A stretch of 64,000 nt of DNA, from positions 9,131 to 73,130 of the IMG/VR virus record IMGVR_UViG_3300012981_000004, one strand, 5' to 3'. Source of the stretch: a virus. The number at the start of each line of letters is the position of its first letter. Position 1 is the first letter of the stretch. Below, piece by piece: positions 1 to 8,867 of this stretch. Under the pieces are notes generated by a model. That model was not told the DNA's origin, made no database searches, and saw nothing but the letters and a program-made list of their open reading frames with translations. Both the position numbers and the translations under genes were made by a program.

Positions 1-2
1 GG

Positions 3-887
3 CTACGCACGCGGCAGGCCGTCGCCGACCTTATCTGGACCTTCTCCACGATGATCCTGAGCACGGACACGGAGACGCTGGTGCAGCCGGGCGCCGAGCT
101 GCTGATGAACCGTCTGCAGGTCTTCTCGAACCTGCGCACCAACCAGGGCCTGATGGTCCTGAACAAGTCATCGGAGGAGCTGAACAACGTCTCGGTGCCT
201 CTGAGCACGCTCGACGCCCTGCAGGCCCAGAGCCAGGAGCAGATGTGCTCGGTCACCAACACGCCCGTCGTGAAGCTGCTGGGCATCCAGCCCGCGGGCC
301 TCAACGCATCGAGCCAGGGGGAGCTGACCGTCTGGTACGACTGGAACGCCGCGTACCAGGAGAAGTTCTACGACCCCAGGCTCACGACCGTCATCGACCT
401 CCTGCAGTACGACCTGTGGGGCGAGCGCGACCCGGACATCGCGCACGAGTGGGAGCCGATCGAGGAGCTGACGGAGGAGCAGAAGGCGAACGTCCAGAAG
501 ACCAAGGCCGACACCGACGCCTCCCTCACGACTAGCGGCATCATAGACGCCGATGAGGCGCGCGAGCGTCTGGCGTCCGACCCGAGCAGCGACTACGCAG
601 GCAAGCTCACGGGCGAGGCGCCAGGACCACCTGGCGGCGAGATGGGCGAGATGGGTGAGCTGGACCCCGCCGCGCAGGGCGAGGAGGGCGAGGACGACGT
701 GGACGGCGCCATGGCACAGGTGTTCCCCAGGCTCGCCACCAGGCCACGCCTGGAGCACGAGCGCAGGGCGGGCGCCGAGGCCGTCATCCGTAGGGTCGAG
801 GACCTGGAGCGCCGCACGTCGGGTCTGGAGCGCCGCGACGACGGCCACAGGCCGCGCGTCGCGGGGACGCGCGAGAGGTCCTGGTAA
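3..887 (+). CDS. Phage portal protein, DUF1073-like (5'-truncated)
   Basis: Frame is open from the window edge. Motifs LDALQAQSQEQMCSVTNTPVVKLLGIQPAGLNASSQGE and EAREREL-like acidic tail; immediately upstream of the head morphogenesis gene. Confidence 0.85.
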   Translation, partial: LRTRQAVADLIWTFSTMILSTDTETLVQPGAELLMNRLQVFSNLRTNQGLMVLNKSSEELNNVSVPLSTLDALQAQSQEQMCSVTNTPVVKLLGIQPAGLNASSQGELTVWYDWNAAYQEKFYDPRLTTVIDLLQYDLWGERDPDIAHEWEPIEELTEEQKANVQKTKADTDASLTTSGIIDADEARERLASDPSSDYAGKLTGEAPGPPGGEMGEMGELDPAAQGEEGEDDVDGAMAQVFPRLATRPRLEHERRAGAEAVIRRVEDLERRTSGLERRDDGHRPRVAGTRERSW

Positions 888-1709
888 ATGGCAAAGAGGA
901 AGGTCAGGAAGGGCGAGGTCGTGCTACGCCCCCTGTTCCCCTCGGCCGCGATCGGTGCGCGCTACCGCGCAGCCATCGAGGACCTGGTTAAGGAGATGTG
1001 TGACTCGGTCGAGTACTGGGTGCGCGCGGCGTACAGGGCCAACGAGCCGCATGCCTCGGTCAGTATGGCAGAGGACGCGCTGCCGGCCGACGAGATGGCC
1101 AAGGTCGTGGGAGAGCTGAAGACGCGCTGGTACAAGAACTTCACGAAGGGCGCCCAGAGGCTGGCCAAGCATTTCGCCAAGAAGGCGAGCAAACGGGTGG
1201 ACGCTGAGCTACGGGCTATCCTCCGTGACTCGGGCCTCTCGGTCGAGTTCGAGATGACCAAGCTGCAGAAGGACATCGCGAAGGCCGTCGTGCATGAGAA
1301 CGTGGGGCTCATCAAGAGCATCCCCGAGCAGTACCTGAAGAAGGTCGAGACCGTTGTGATGCAGTCCGTGCAGACGGGCCGCGACGTGGGCCAGCTGGTG
1401 GACGACCTGCGCGAGCAGTTCGGCGTGACCAAACGCCGGGCGAGCCTGATAGCGAGGGACCAAAACAACAAGGCGACGGCCGCGTTCAACCGCGCCCGCC
1501 AGGTCGAGCTGGGCGTCGAGGAGGCCGTATGGCAGCACAGCCACGGCGGCAAGGACCCTCGGCCTAGCCACGTGAAGGCAGGACGGGAGGGCGTGCGTTA
1601 CAAGGTGACCGAAGGCTGGTTTGACCCCGACGAGCAGAAACACGTGTGGCCCGGCACGCTCATCAACTGCAGGTGCACGAGCCGTTCGGTCATAAAAGGG
1701 TTCATATGA
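888..1709 (+). CDS. Head morphogenesis protein (SPP1 gp7/MuF-like)
   Basis: RASLIARDQNNKA, W-x-H..RPSH and INCRC motifs; follows the portal gene. Confidence 0.9.
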   Translation: MAKRKVRKGEVVLRPLFPSAAIGARYRAAIEDLVKEMCDSVEYWVRAAYRANEPHASVSMAEDALPADEMAKVVGELKTRWYKNFTKGAQRLAKHFAKKASKRVDAELRAILRDSGLSVEFEMTKLQKDIAKAVVHENVGLIKSIPEQYLKKVETVVMQSVQTGRDVGQLVDDLREQFGVTKRRASLIARDQNNKATAAFNRARQVELGVEEAVWQHSHGGKDPRPSHVKAGREGVRYKVTEGWFDPDEQKHVWPGTLINCRCTSRSVIKGFI

Positions 1710-1827
1710 CCTTTGTCCCCGGAGCCACAGCCCTTGGCAGATGCTCCCCAGAGCTACCGCTTACGAAAGCGCGGCGGGGAGGAAATGGGCGGCCTGTACC
1801 GGCAGGCCATCTTGAAAGGAGTTCGTT

Positions 1828-2034
1828 ATGAACTTCGCCGTGTCAGGTCCCTGCGGCTTCCGCATCATCGTGCGGCCCGACCAGGTCGGGTCGAGCGCGC
1901 ACGAGGTGCGGCAGCTGGCCAGCAACCATGGCAGGCTGGGCTCGCATGAGATACTGCGCCTGGCTGAGCTTGAGCGCAAGGGCCACGGCCTGATGGAGAA
2001 GCTGTTCATGATGAACACGCAGGGCGAGGCGTGA
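1828..2034 (+). CDS. Hypothetical protein
   Basis: 68-aa ORF, GGAG upstream, stop overlaps the next start (GTGA). Confidence 0.55.
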   Translation: MNFAVSGPCGFRIIVRPDQVGSSAHEVRQLASNHGRLGSHEILRLAELERKGHGLMEKLFMMNTQGEA

Positions 2035-2300
2035 GCCACGGCGCGCAGGTCAAGGCGGGGCACGCGAGCGACCGCGCGCCGAAGGTCGGCGACGTCGTCG
2101 ACTTCTTCAACATGTCGCTGTCGCTCAAGGCCAACGACAACCGCGGCCCCGGACCTTACGAGGCACTGGTCGTGTCGGTGACGTCGCGCACCAGGCTGGA
2201 CCTCAGCGTCGACCGCGGCGCGCTCGGCAAACGCATGGAGCTGGACGTGGACCACAGGAGCGCGGCCGACGGGCCGAGGCTGTGGGCGTTTCGGCCGTGA
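2031..2300 (+). CDS. Hypothetical protein
   Basis: 89-aa ORF translationally coupled to the previous ORF; phage-like codon usage. Confidence 0.6.
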   Translation: MSHGAQVKAGHASDRAPKVGDVVDFFNMSLSLKANDNRGPGPYEALVVSVTSRTRLDLSVDRGALGKRMELDVDHRSAADGPRLWAFRP

Positions 2301-2350
2301 GAGAGAACCGCGCCCGGCGGTATCCGGGCTAACAACGAGAGAGGCAGCCA

Positions 2351-2596
2351 ATGTCCGTATTCATGAGAGCCAAAATGCAGGTCCAGAAGGTCGAGCGCTT
2401 CCCCGGCCAGAACAACATCACCTGCGTAGCCGTCACGTCGAAGCCCTTCGACGAGAAGGGCAACAACGAGGACAACACATACGCGAAGTTCTCGCCGATG
2501 GGGCAGCTGACGCTGAGCATCGCCAACCCGACGCTGATCGGCAAGATCGAACCAGGCCAGAAGTTCTACCTGGACTTCACGCCGGCCGAGGACTGA
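2351..2596 (+). CDS. Small hypothetical phage protein
   Basis: 81 aa with RBS; strong GC3 codon bias. Confidence 0.7.
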   Translation: MSVFMRAKMQVQKVERFPGQNNITCVAVTSKPFDEKGNNEDNTYAKFSPMGQLTLSIANPTLIGKIEPGQKFYLDFTPAED

Positions 2597-2608
2597 GGAG
2601 AACCCCCG

Positions 2609-3829
2609 TTGACCAGGCTCGCGTTGGACATGAGCAACATAGATTGGCGCGGCCTGGTCGGCGGCTTCCTCAAGTTCGTCTCCGAGGAGATGCGCGAGAA
2701 GGAGCACGTCGAGGTCGACGAGGAAGGCGGCGGCAAGATCGTCGCGGTCTCCGTGCTGTTCACCAGCGCGCAGAAGGCGCCCAAGGTGCTGCTGCTCAAG
2801 CGTTCGCTCGACGAGCAGAACTACGCGGGCTACTGGGCGTTCCCCGGCGGCCGTGTCGACGAGGGCGAGGAGCCCCGCGAGGCGGCCCTGCGCGAGTGCC
2901 GCGAGGAGATAGGCTTCGAGCCCGACGACGAGCTTAACATGGAGCCGTACGTCGAGAAGGTCCTGCCGCTCGGCGACACGCACGTGACGTTCCGGGCGCC
3001 GGCGCAGCAGGAGTTCACGCCGAAGCTCAACGGCGAGCACACCGAGTTCGGATGGTTCGGCCTGCGGGAGCTGCCCAAGCCGCTGCACCCCGGCGTCAAG
3101 GAGGTCCTGGACAAGCTGGGCGCCGAAGGCTTCGGAGCGATGGACGACGGCTTCTACGTGCTGATCGCTGCAGACGAGGCGCCCATCGGTCCGTTCAAGA
3201 CGCGCGATGAGGCCGACGCCGTGGCCAGGGGGTGGGAGCCAGCGGCCATCGCGATGGACAAGGCCACGGTGCGTCAGTTCGACGCGGACGGCCGCATGCA
3301 CGTCGCGGTCAGCCACATCAGCAAGGCCACGGTTAGCCCGTACCTCGGCAAGGAGATACCGGGCCACGAGGAGATGGGCCTCAAGCCAGACGGCATCTAT
3401 CACCTGCTGCGCGACCCGCAGGAGCTGGCGAAGGCGGCGCCGACGTTCAACAACCTCCCCCTGCTCTCCAAGCACGTCCCCGTGACGGCCGACGATTTCC
3501 CCGACAGCCTGGTCGTGGGATCGCTCGGCACCGACGCGACGTTCGCGGGCGGATACCTTGACAACTCGATCGTGGTCTGGAACCGCAAGGGCATCGACCT
3601 GGTCGAGTCACAGAAACAGAAGCAACTCTCTGCCGCCTACCGCTACAGGCCCGACATGACGCCGGGCACGTGGAACGGCATGAAGTTCGATGGTGTGATG
3701 CGGGATATTATCGGCAACCACGTCGCATTGGTCGAGACAGGCCGAGCCGGCCCCGATGTGGTCGTCGGTGACAGTGATCCGTTTGCGGACGATTGGAAGC
3801 GCATCGCGGATGCCTTGGAGGCGTTGTGA
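2609..3829 (+). CDS. Nudix hydrolase fused to DUF2213 (putative prohead protease)
   Basis: Perfect Nudix box GRVDEGEEPREAALRECREEIGF. C-terminal half has ISKATVSPYLGKEIP, LSAAYRY and NHVALVETGRAGPDVVVGD; head-module position. Confidence 0.85.
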   Translation: MTRLALDMSNIDWRGLVGGFLKFVSEEMREKEHVEVDEEGGGKIVAVSVLFTSAQKAPKVLLLKRSLDEQNYAGYWAFPGGRVDEGEEPREAALRECREEIGFEPDDELNMEPYVEKVLPLGDTHVTFRAPAQQEFTPKLNGEHTEFGWFGLRELPKPLHPGVKEVLDKLGAEGFGAMDDGFYVLIAADEAPIGPFKTRDEADAVARGWEPAAIAMDKATVRQFDADGRMHVAVSHISKATVSPYLGKEIPGHEEMGLKPDGIYHLLRDPQELAKAAPTFNNLPLLSKHVPVTADDFPDSLVVGSLGTDATFAGGYLDNSIVVWNRKGIDLVESQKQKQLSAAYRYRPDMTPGTWNGMKFDGVMRDIIGNHVALVETGRAGPDVVVGDSDPFADDWKRIADALEAL

Positions 3830-4230
3830 GAGAACGTTGGAAGACGATACCGGGATATTCACGTTACAAGGTCAGCGACAGAGGGCGCGTCAGGTCGCGC
3901 TACCAAGTTTTAGCGCTCAGCACACGCTCAACTAGCGGCGTTAAGACCATAACTATCTGGAGTGATGACGGTAAGAAGAAGAACCGTCTTGTCCATCATC
4001 TTGTTCTTGAGACATTCGTAGGCCCGTGTCCTATCGGGCAAGAATGCTGTCACGAGGACGATGACGCGGGCAACAACTGGCTTTGCAATTTGCGCTGGGA
4101 CACTAGGCGCGCCAACATGGCTGACAGGCCGGGAACCGGGGGCCGTCGTCATTGGGAGCAACCGCTCAGCAAGCTGAAAGGAAGCTCTTTCGCAAACCCG
4201 TATCTGCAAGGATTGAGCGGACTCATATGA
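3826..4230 (+). mobile_element. NUMOD4-HNH homing endonuclease
   Basis: GTG overlaps the upstream stop. WKTIPGYSRYKVSDRGRVRS (NUMOD4) and LVHHLVLETFVGP..CH.DDD..NN.LCNLRW (HNH); lower GC than flanks. Confidence 0.85.
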
Positions 4231-5204
4231 GCAAGCTCATTGAAGCGCTTCGGCGCAAATTCGGAGACCCGCGCAAAGCTCTGCTGGCGTTGGGCCTTGA
4301 TGAAGCTCTGTTAACCGAGAAGGAGACTACAATGGCAAAGGCTGCCGTCAAGGTTACGCCGCTCACCCGCACGGGCCTCCGGCTGCAGACCGCGCTTTAC
4401 ACGCATCTGCTCCCCAAGCTCGCGCAGGACGCGAAGCTCGACCTCATGCCGGCGCTGAAGGGCGTCGACGCGAAGAACTACAAGGAGAGGCTGTCCGCCA
4501 TCGTCAAGATGGCGAAGGACGCGGCCGACCCGCTGATGACCCCCGAGGCGAAGGCCGCGGGCGGGGCTGGCCCCGACGACGTCATCATCAAGCTGCTCGA
4601 CATGGTCGGCGGCCAGGCGGGCGCGCCGGAGACCGAGCCGGTCGAGCTGGACGCGGCGCCGACCGCGGCCGTCGAGGGCGCCCCCGCTCCGGCGGCTGCA
4701 GCCCCGGCGGGCGCGTCCGACCCCAACGCGGCCCTGATGGGCTTCCTCAAGGATTGCGGCCTCGACGAGGCTGCGATGGCCAAGGTGGCCGAACTCCTCG
4801 GCTCGGGCGGCGCCCCGGCTCCGAAGGAGAAAGAGCCAGGCGCCGAGGATCAGGATGACGACGACGTGAAAGTCACCCCCCAGGCCATGGACGCGGCCAT
4901 CAAGAAGGCGCAGGAGGACACGAAGGCCTCCCAGCGCGCCACCTTCGAGGCCCACGAGTTCGTGCGGCCGTGGGTGGGCAACCTCTCGTTCGGCGCGTTC
5001 GACAGCGCCGAGGGCGTGCACCGCCACGCGCTCAAGATGCTCGGCGTTAAGGTCGACGACTCGACCCCGGCCGCCGCGCTCACGCACATCATCCAGGCCC
5101 AGCCGAAGCCGGGTCGTCCCGCGGTCGCGCCGGCGATGGACTCGGCCCCGTCCGAGGACTTCGCCGAGCGCTTCCCGGCGATCACCAACATCCAGGTCCT
5201 GTAA
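4227..5204 (+). CDS. Capsid scaffold-like protein
   Basis: Ala/Pro/acidic-rich with VRPWVG..DSAEGVHRHAL C-terminus; lies between protease and capsid genes. Second possible start at 4332 behind AGGAG. Confidence 0.7.
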   Translation: MSKLIEALRRKFGDPRKALLALGLDEALLTEKETTMAKAAVKVTPLTRTGLRLQTALYTHLLPKLAQDAKLDLMPALKGVDAKNYKERLSAIVKMAKDAADPLMTPEAKAAGGAGPDDVIIKLLDMVGGQAGAPETEPVELDAAPTAAVEGAPAPAAAAPAGASDPNAALMGFLKDCGLDEAAMAKVAELLGSGGAPAPKEKEPGAEDQDDDDVKVTPQAMDAAIKKAQEDTKASQRATFEAHEFVRPWVGNLSFGAFDSAEGVHRHALKMLGVKVDDSTPAAALTHIIQAQPKPGRPAVAPAMDSAPSEDFAERFPAITNIQVL

Positions 5205-5216
5205 AAGGAGAACGAC

Positions 5217-6179
5217 ATGACCGCAGGCTTCCAGACCTCCGTCGCCACGCAGCCGGCACAGGCCGTCGAGGGCGACTTCTGCAGCACCAACCCGCGCTTC
5301 ACCGTGGACGCGGGCCAAGGCGCCCTCGTCGCGGGGCCGGACGGCGTCTACGTCGGCCGGTTCTGCTGGTCCGCGCCGCCGCTCGACAACGACAACGCTA
5401 AGTCGCTGGTGAACAGCTACGGTTCCGGCCAGGTGCTCGGCTTTGTGCACCGCGAGCAGCAGGCCCTCATCACGAGGTTCCTCGACATCGCCAGCATGCT
5501 GGTCCCCAAGGGCTTCGCCGTCACCGTCTACAACGGCGGCGACTTCTGGGTCCGCAACTCGGGCTCCGGCACCGCGCAGGTCGGCATGAAGGCTTACGCC
5601 AACTTCGCCGACGGTAAGGTGACGTTCGCCGCGGCCAGCTCGCCTACCGGCGGCGCCAGCTCGACCGGCTCGATCGCCGCGTCGACCTTCTCGGTCACGG
5701 GCTCGATCGAGGGCGACGTGCTCGACGTCACCGCGGTAGGCTCCGGCACCGTTCGCGACGGCGCCACCATCTCCGGCACAGGCATCTCCAGCGAGACCAC
5801 GATCGTGGGCCAGCTGACGCCGCTGCTGGACGGCGAGGCCGCCGGCGGAGTCGGCCGCTACTACGTGAGCAAGGTGCACGACGAGGTCGCCAGCACGACC
5901 GTGTCCGGCACCTACGGCACGTTCACCGCCGGCACGACCACCGGCGGCACCTACGGCGTGGGCGACGTGCTCCAGGGCACGGGCGTCGACGCCGGGACCA
6001 CCATCACCGCGCTCATCACGGGGACCGGCGGCGCCGGCACCTACGCTGTGAGCAGCAACACCGTGGTCGCCTCGACCACCATCTCGGTCGCGGCGCTCAA
6101 CGTCGAGACCAAGTGGTACGCCATGAGCGCCGGCCTCGCAGGCGAGCTGGTGAAGATCAGCGACCACCCGCTCGGCTAA
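5217..6179 (+). CDS. Capsid cement/decoration protein
   Basis: GFQTSV..QPAQAVEGDF N-terminus, just before the major capsid gene; two internal Gly/Thr-rich beta modules. Confidence 0.75.
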   Translation: MTAGFQTSVATQPAQAVEGDFCSTNPRFTVDAGQGALVAGPDGVYVGRFCWSAPPLDNDNAKSLVNSYGSGQVLGFVHREQQALITRFLDIASMLVPKGFAVTVYNGGDFWVRNSGSGTAQVGMKAYANFADGKVTFAAASSPTGGASSTGSIAASTFSVTGSIEGDVLDVTAVGSGTVRDGATISGTGISSETTIVGQLTPLLDGEAAGGVGRYYVSKVHDEVASTTVSGTYGTFTAGTTTGGTYGVGDVLQGTGVDAGTTITALITGTGGAGTYAVSSNTVVASTTISVAALNVETKWYAMSAGLAGELVKISDHPLG

Positions 6180-6206
6180 CGGCTCAGGCCAGGAAGGAAC
6201 ACAGAC

Positions 6207-7325
6207 ATGCCTCTCAAGCTGAACAACGTCGCCGACGCGCGCCAGGCCTTCGCGGCCGACCGCCCGCGGTTCGAGACGCTGGGCGCCATTTTCCCGGGCG
6301 TCACCCACTACATGTTCCCCGCAGTCCGCGGGAACATGCAGATCGCCATGGATGCCCTCGCCATGGACGCGATGCCGTCCCTGGCTACCGACCCCAACGC
6401 GGGCATCCTCGCGCTGCTCACAACCTACGTCGACCCGGAGGTCTACGAAATCCTGTTCGCCCCGAACAAGGCCGTGGAAATCCTCTCCGAGGTCAAGAAG
6501 GGCGACTGGCTCACCGACACGGCCGCCTTCCCTGTGGTCGAGCAGACGGGCGAGGTGTCGAGCTACGGCGACTGGAACAACAACGGCCGCGCCGGCATCA
6601 ACGCCAACTGGCCGCAGTTCCAGGCCTACAACTACCAGCTCATCATGGAGTACGGCGAGCGCGAGATGGCCCGCTACGGGCTGGCGAAGCTCAACTACGT
6701 GTCGGAGATCGAGCGCGCCGCCGCCACGATCTTCAACAAGTACCAGAACCTCATGTACTTCTTCGGGGTGGCGGGGCTGCAGAACTACGGGCTCATCAAC
6801 AACCCGTACCTGTCGGCCCCCCTGACCTCCGCGACCAAGGCGGCGGGCGGGACCTCCTGGTACACCGACGGCGTCATCACGGCGACCGCCAACGAAATCT
6901 TCAAGGACATCCAGGACCTGTTCACGTCCCTGGTCGTCCAGACCGCGGGCCTGGTGGACCGCGAGACGAAGATGACGCTGGCGCTCTCGCCGCAGAGCGA
7001 GGCCGCCTTCACCACCACGAACGCGTTCGCCGTGAACGTGTCCGACCTGCTCAAGAAGAACTTCCCCAACCTCAAGGTCGTGTCGGCGGTCCAGTACCAG
7101 GAGCTGTCGGCGTCGAACCCGCAGGGCGTCGCGGGCGGCAACTTCATGCAGCTCATCGCCGAGTCGCTGGAGGGCCAGAAGACCGCCTACGCGGCCTACA
7201 ACGAGAAGGCCCGCACGGGCACGATCGTCAAGGACCTCTCGGCGTTCCGGCAGAAGATGATGGCCGGCGGATGGGGCACCATCATCCGCATGCCCGTCGC
7301 CATCGCGAGCATGATCGGCATCTAG
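6207..7325 (+). CDS. Major capsid protein (DUF2184-like)
   Basis: 372 aa; KKGDW, GEVSSYGDWNNNG, YFFGVAGLQNYGLINNP motifs; strong RBS; position. Confidence 0.9.
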   Translation: MPLKLNNVADARQAFAADRPRFETLGAIFPGVTHYMFPAVRGNMQIAMDALAMDAMPSLATDPNAGILALLTTYVDPEVYEILFAPNKAVEILSEVKKGDWLTDTAAFPVVEQTGEVSSYGDWNNNGRAGINANWPQFQAYNYQLIMEYGEREMARYGLAKLNYVSEIERAAATIFNKYQNLMYFFGVAGLQNYGLINNPYLSAPLTSATKAAGGTSWYTDGVITATANEIFKDIQDLFTSLVVQTAGLVDRETKMTLALSPQSEAAFTTTNAFAVNVSDLLKKNFPNLKVVSAVQYQELSASNPQGVAGGNFMQLIAESLEGQKTAYAAYNEKARTGTIVKDLSAFRQKMMAGGWGTIIRMPVAIASMIGI

Positions 7326-7346
7326 GGCCGGCGCCCTCGATCCGAG

Positions 7347-7374
7347 GGGCCGCGGCTCACGCCGCGGCCCTTCC
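7347..7374 (+). terminator. Hairpin after the capsid gene (weak terminator or stabiliser)
   Basis: GGGCCGCGGC-TCAC-GCCGCGGCCC perfect 10-bp stem followed only by TTCC. Confidence 0.45.
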
Positions 7375-7406
7375 AGTCGACGACGCCAAACCCCGAGGAG
7401 GACATC

Positions 7407-7928
7407 ATGGCGAAAGACGAGAAGGACAAGGACGATCAGGTGAAGACGCCGGGGGCCGCGGGCCCGTCGGGGTCAGGGGGCAAGCTCTGGGCGGCCTGCA
7501 AGCTCCCGGCCGGCCTGGTGCTGCGCACCTTCAAGATGCGCGACACGGTCGAGACCACGCTCGCCGGCACGCGCGACGTGCGGGTGGCACAGCAGGCCGG
7601 GCCGCCGGTCAAGCTCAACGGCAGCGCGGTGCCGATCGGCCACGTGCCGCAGCACCGCATCGTCCACGGCTACGGCCTCACCGTCATCGACGAGGACGTG
7701 TGGCAGGCGTGGCTGAAGGATAACAAGGACAGCGCGCTCATCGTCAACGCGATGGTGTCGGCGCACCGCGACGAGGCCTCGGCCGTGGCCTGGGCGTCGG
7801 AGAACGCCAAGCGACAGACCGGCCTGGAGGAGCTGTCCCAGGACAAGGACCCGCGCGCGCAGCGCCTGCTCACCCCGGGCCTGGTCGGTCTGGGCTCCCG
7901 CACCAACGACATGCCGCAGGCCAACTGA
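7407..7928 (+). CDS. Virion-associated hypothetical protein
   Basis: GAGGAG RBS; ACKLPAGL..GYGLT...W..W pattern typical of the gene after the capsid gene in such myoviruses. Confidence 0.7.
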   Translation: MAKDEKDKDDQVKTPGAAGPSGSGGKLWAACKLPAGLVLRTFKMRDTVETTLAGTRDVRVAQQAGPPVKLNGSAVPIGHVPQHRIVHGYGLTVIDEDVWQAWLKDNKDSALIVNAMVSAHRDEASAVAWASENAKRQTGLEELSQDKDPRAQRLLTPGLVGLGSRTNDMPQAN

Positions 7929-7929
7929 C

Positions 7930-8412
7930 ATGGCGAACGCGGTCTCCTTCAGCTACGCGACGTTCGTCGCGCGCTATCCGGAGTTCCGCGGATGCTCCGA
8001 GGAGCTGCTGGGCCAGTATTTCGTCGAGGCGGGCCTGTACTTTCGCAACGACGGCACGTCGCCCGTGGTGCTGGACGCCCAGCAGCTCCTCATCATGAAC
8101 ATGTTCACGGCGCACATCGCGGCACTCTACGCGCAGAGCCAGGGTCAGGCGGCACCAGGCCAGGCCCAGGACGCCAACAGCCCCGTCGGCCGCATCGCGT
8201 CGGCCACGCAGGGCAGCGTCACCGTGAGCACCGAGCTGCAGACATCTCCTGCGGCTCTTGGCATGCAGCAGTGGCTCGCCCAGACCAAGTATGGCCTGTC
8301 AGCGTGGGCCGCCATCAAGCCGTACATCCTAGCCAGGTATGTGCCGGGCGCCCTGCAGCCTGGTGGCCTCGGCCCGCAGCCCTTCCCTTACCCTGGTCGA
8401 GTACTGCCCTGA
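7930..8412 (+). CDS. Head-tail connector (DUF4054-like)
   Basis: FVARYPEF, TAHIA, GRIASATQGSVTVS and QTKYG motifs. Confidence 0.85.
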   Translation: MANAVSFSYATFVARYPEFRGCSEELLGQYFVEAGLYFRNDGTSPVVLDAQQLLIMNMFTAHIAALYAQSQGQAAPGQAQDANSPVGRIASATQGSVTVSTELQTSPAALGMQQWLAQTKYGLSAWAAIKPYILARYVPGALQPGGLGPQPFPYPGRVLP

Positions 8413-8864
8413 TGGTGTCGCTCAAGGTGACGGGAGGCAAGAACCTTGACAAGACGCTGAGAGAGCTGGGCAAGGCAGCCGACCAGGCTTCGAGCGTCGA
8501 CGTGGGTTTCATGGGAGCGGCCACGGAGCCCGACGGCACGCTCGTCGCCGAGGTCGCCGCCCACAACGAATTCGGCACGGCGACATCGCCGCCGCGTCCG
8601 TTCTTCCGCAATACCATCGAGAAGCGCGCGGCCGCGTGGGTACACAACTTAGGCGTCGCGCTGGTCGCCAAGAAGTTCAACGCGAAGGCTGCGCTTGGCC
8701 TGGTTGGGCTCGGCATGAAGGAAGACGTCCAGGACGGCATCAGGGATTTGTGGCGCCCACCGCTCGCCGACAGCACCGTCGCGCGCAAGGGCTTCGACAA
8801 GCCTCTCATCGACAAGGGCGTCATGCTGAACAGCGTCACCCTGAAAGTCAACACGGAGAAATAG
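8412..8864 (+). CDS. Neck/tail-completion protein
   Basis: ATG overlaps the previous stop; AAHNEFGT..PPRPFFR and PPLADST..KGFDKPLID motifs. Confidence 0.8.
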   Translation: MVSLKVTGGKNLDKTLRELGKAADQASSVDVGFMGAATEPDGTLVAEVAAHNEFGTATSPPRPFFRNTIEKRAAAWVHNLGVALVAKKFNAKAALGLVGLGMKEDVQDGIRDLWRPPLADSTVARKGFDKPLIDKGVMLNSVTLKVNTEK

Positions 8865-8867
8865 ACA

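Noticed and set aside
1706-1831. 41-codon ORF MTFVPGATALGR..
   Set aside because: Coupled on both sides but has a weak RBS and no recognisable features; not supported enough to call.
2609-3829. Portal or DUF2213 as an anti-CBASS factor
   Set aside because: No separate 2H-phosphodiesterase HxT motifs were recognised; only the Nudix domain is supported.
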